64,000 bases of DNA from Planctomycetota bacterium (lineage in GTDB: Bacteria > Planctomycetota > B15-G4 > SIAN01), in assembly GCA_031409275.1 (NCBI GenBank), contig JANNXA010000009.1, forward strand, positions 1-64,000, read 5' to 3'. The position numbers were made by a program, and so were the translations under genes. The notes under the pieces are model-generated. The model was not told the DNA's origin. It made no database searches and saw only the letters and a program-made list of their open reading frames with translations. Shown here piece by piece: positions 62,416-64,000 of this stretch. Positions within the stretch are counted from its first letter, which is position 1; every line of letters starts with the position of its first letter.

Positions 62416-63381
62416 ATGAGCGTCCGTCGGTCCGTGGGTTCGTTCGCCATCGTCGGAGCCGTCGTCGCGGCGACTGCCGCGACCGTGAAGGCGCAGACTG
62501 ACGCAACGTGGCCAGAGCTGCGCTACACCGTCGCCGCAGCGCAGGACGCGATGACCATCGGACGCATCCCCGAACCGCCGCGCCAGGATCTCTCGACCGA
62601 CCCACGCGACGTCTTCCAGCTGAAGACGGTCCCGGTGACCCCCGGCGAGCTCGTCGAGGAGCAGCCGGTCGGCGAGTACAACCAGCCGCTCTGGACGACC
62701 TTCCGCCGCTTCCCGTCAACGCGCGTCTACCTGCAGACGCCGCCGGGTGGTGTGCAGTTCGAGCAGTGGTTCGAGCTGCGCAAGAAGAAGGATGGCCGTG
62801 GCGACGACGAGACGCGTCTGCGCCAGGAGCTCGAGTTCGGCCTCGGCAATCGCATGCAGCTCGACCTCTACATGCGTGAGTCGCACGTGCGTAACGGGGT
62901 CGACTCAACCTACGACATGACCGGCTATTCGGCCGAGTTGCGCTACGCCCTCGCCGACTGGGACGAGATCTGGGGCAACCCGACCCTCTACTTCGAGTGG
63001 ATCTTCAACGACGGCGACGCGGACAAGATCGAGCCGAAGCTGCTGCTCGGCGGCGAACTCGCGCGCGGCTGGCACTGGGGCCTCAACCTGATCCACGAGC
63101 GAACGCTGGCCGGACGCGACTCGCGCACCGAGGAAGAGGCGATCACCGCGTCGATCAGCCGCACCATCGTCGACAACAAGTTCTCGGTCGGCGCGACCTC
63201 GAACTTCTCCTACGAGTCGGAGCCGGGTGCGCCGCGCGAACGGACCCGCGAGCTGCTGCTCGGGCCGTCGTTCCAGTTGATCCCGCATCCGCGCGCCGCG
63301 ATCAACGTCGAACCGCTGTGGGGACTGACCGGCGAGTCGAAGCGGCTCAAGATGTTCGTCGTCTTCTCCTGGCACTTCTGA
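62416..63381 (+). CDS. Putative outer-membrane beta-barrel protein
   Basis: CAGGAG RBS, signal peptide, ELEFGLGNRMQLDLY, ELRYALADW..IWGNPTLYFEW; ends VFSWHF. Confidence 0.75.
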   Translation: MSVRRSVGSFAIVGAVVAATAATVKAQTDATWPELRYTVAAAQDAMTIGRIPEPPRQDLSTDPRDVFQLKTVPVTPGELVEEQPVGEYNQPLWTTFRRFPSTRVYLQTPPGGVQFEQWFELRKKKDGRGDDETRLRQELEFGLGNRMQLDLYMRESHVRNGVDSTYDMTGYSAELRYALADWDEIWGNPTLYFEWIFNDGDADKIEPKLLLGGELARGWHWGLNLIHERTLAGRDSRTEEEAITASISRTIVDNKFSVGATSNFSYESEPGAPRERTRELLLGPSFQLIPHPRAAINVEPLWGLTGESKRLKMFVVFSWHF

Positions 63382-63417
63382 TCGAAGGCGGTTCGTCGGC
63401 GGGGCGGTGCAGCGAGT

Positions 63418-63912
63418 TCAGTCGCTGCCCGCCCCGCAGCACTTCTTGAACTTCTTCCCCGAGCCGCACGGACAGGGATCGTTGCGGCCGAGCTTGCTGC
63501 CCGGTCGCGTGATCGGCGCGCTGGCCGCCGCGGCCGCGGTGCCGCCGATCGCCTTCAGACGGGCCGGCCACTTCGGTTCGAGCTCATCGAGGAGGCCGTC
63601 GAGCTTCCAGCTGTTCTGATTCGGTCGCGTTTCGTGCGCCCACGCCAGCAACGCGCGCACGATCGCCGGCGCGCGGGCCGAGGCGCGCTCGCCCGGTGCA
63701 AGCCGGCGCGGCAACAGCTCGAGCAGGGCCTCGCGCAGGTGCTCCTCATCGATCAGGTCGATGCGCGCGCCGATCTGCTGCTGGCACACTTCGAGGAACA
63801 TCCGGGCGACTTCGCCAGTACCAGCCGCGTCGGCCTTGAACGATTGGCCGTGGGCGGAGGACAGGAACTCCGCGACTTCGGCGCGGATGCGCGCTTCATC
63901 AGAGGCAGCCAT
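63418..63912 (-). CDS. SEC-C motif protein
   Basis: C-terminal [19 protein letters not shown]. Confidence 0.88.
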   Translation of the reverse strand: MAASDEARIRAEVAEFLSSAHGQSFKADAAGTGEVARMFLEVCQQQIGARIDLIDEEHLREALLELLPRRLAPGERASARAPAIVRALLAWAHETRPNQNSWKLDGLLDELEPKWPARLKAIGGTAAAAASAPITRPGSKLGRNDPCPCGSGKKFKKCCGAGSD

Positions 63913-64000
63913 CGACGGAGACTCCCACGGGAAGGTCACGAGTCTAGGGTCGGAAACTAGAGGCTGGCATGTCGACGAACGTCGCTCCTGTCGTCTGGAT

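Noticed and set aside
63418..63912. secA
   Set aside because: Only the SEC-C tail is present, on a short protein without helicase-like motifs.

Overview
Very GC-rich bacterial chromosomal window with about 52 real CDSs and one tRNA-Val(TAC). Gene content (membrane-tethered ECF sigma factor, planctomycete-type ECF, many secreted beta-sandwich proteins) suggests an uncultured Planctomycetota-like lineage; this is an inference. Housekeeping anchors are gltX (5'-truncated), ugd, a DinG helicase, rsfS, an M48 protease and a SEC-C protein. Most other genes concern the envelope or cell surface. No phage, CRISPR array, transposase or reverse transcriptase is visible. Leading candidates for new biology: (1) a translationally coupled operon of beta-helix lipoprotein, 3 glycosyltransferases, ABC exporter, 2 APH-type kinases with N-to-Q Brenner motifs and an AlgE-like porin (6547-18665); (2) a tandem array of four Cys/Asp-rich secreted paralogues whose N-terminal module also appears at the C-terminus of an unrelated secreted protein; (3) a membrane pyrophosphatase (HppA)-like protein that has lost all catalytic loops, directly upstream of rsfS; (4) two MITE-like intergenic elements 50 kb apart with different terminal repeats but a shared, covarying internal stem/purine-loop motif; (5) a stand-alone KaiC-like protein with complementary degeneracy of its two ATPase domains. 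All protein calls come from motif recognition by eye; no database search was run.
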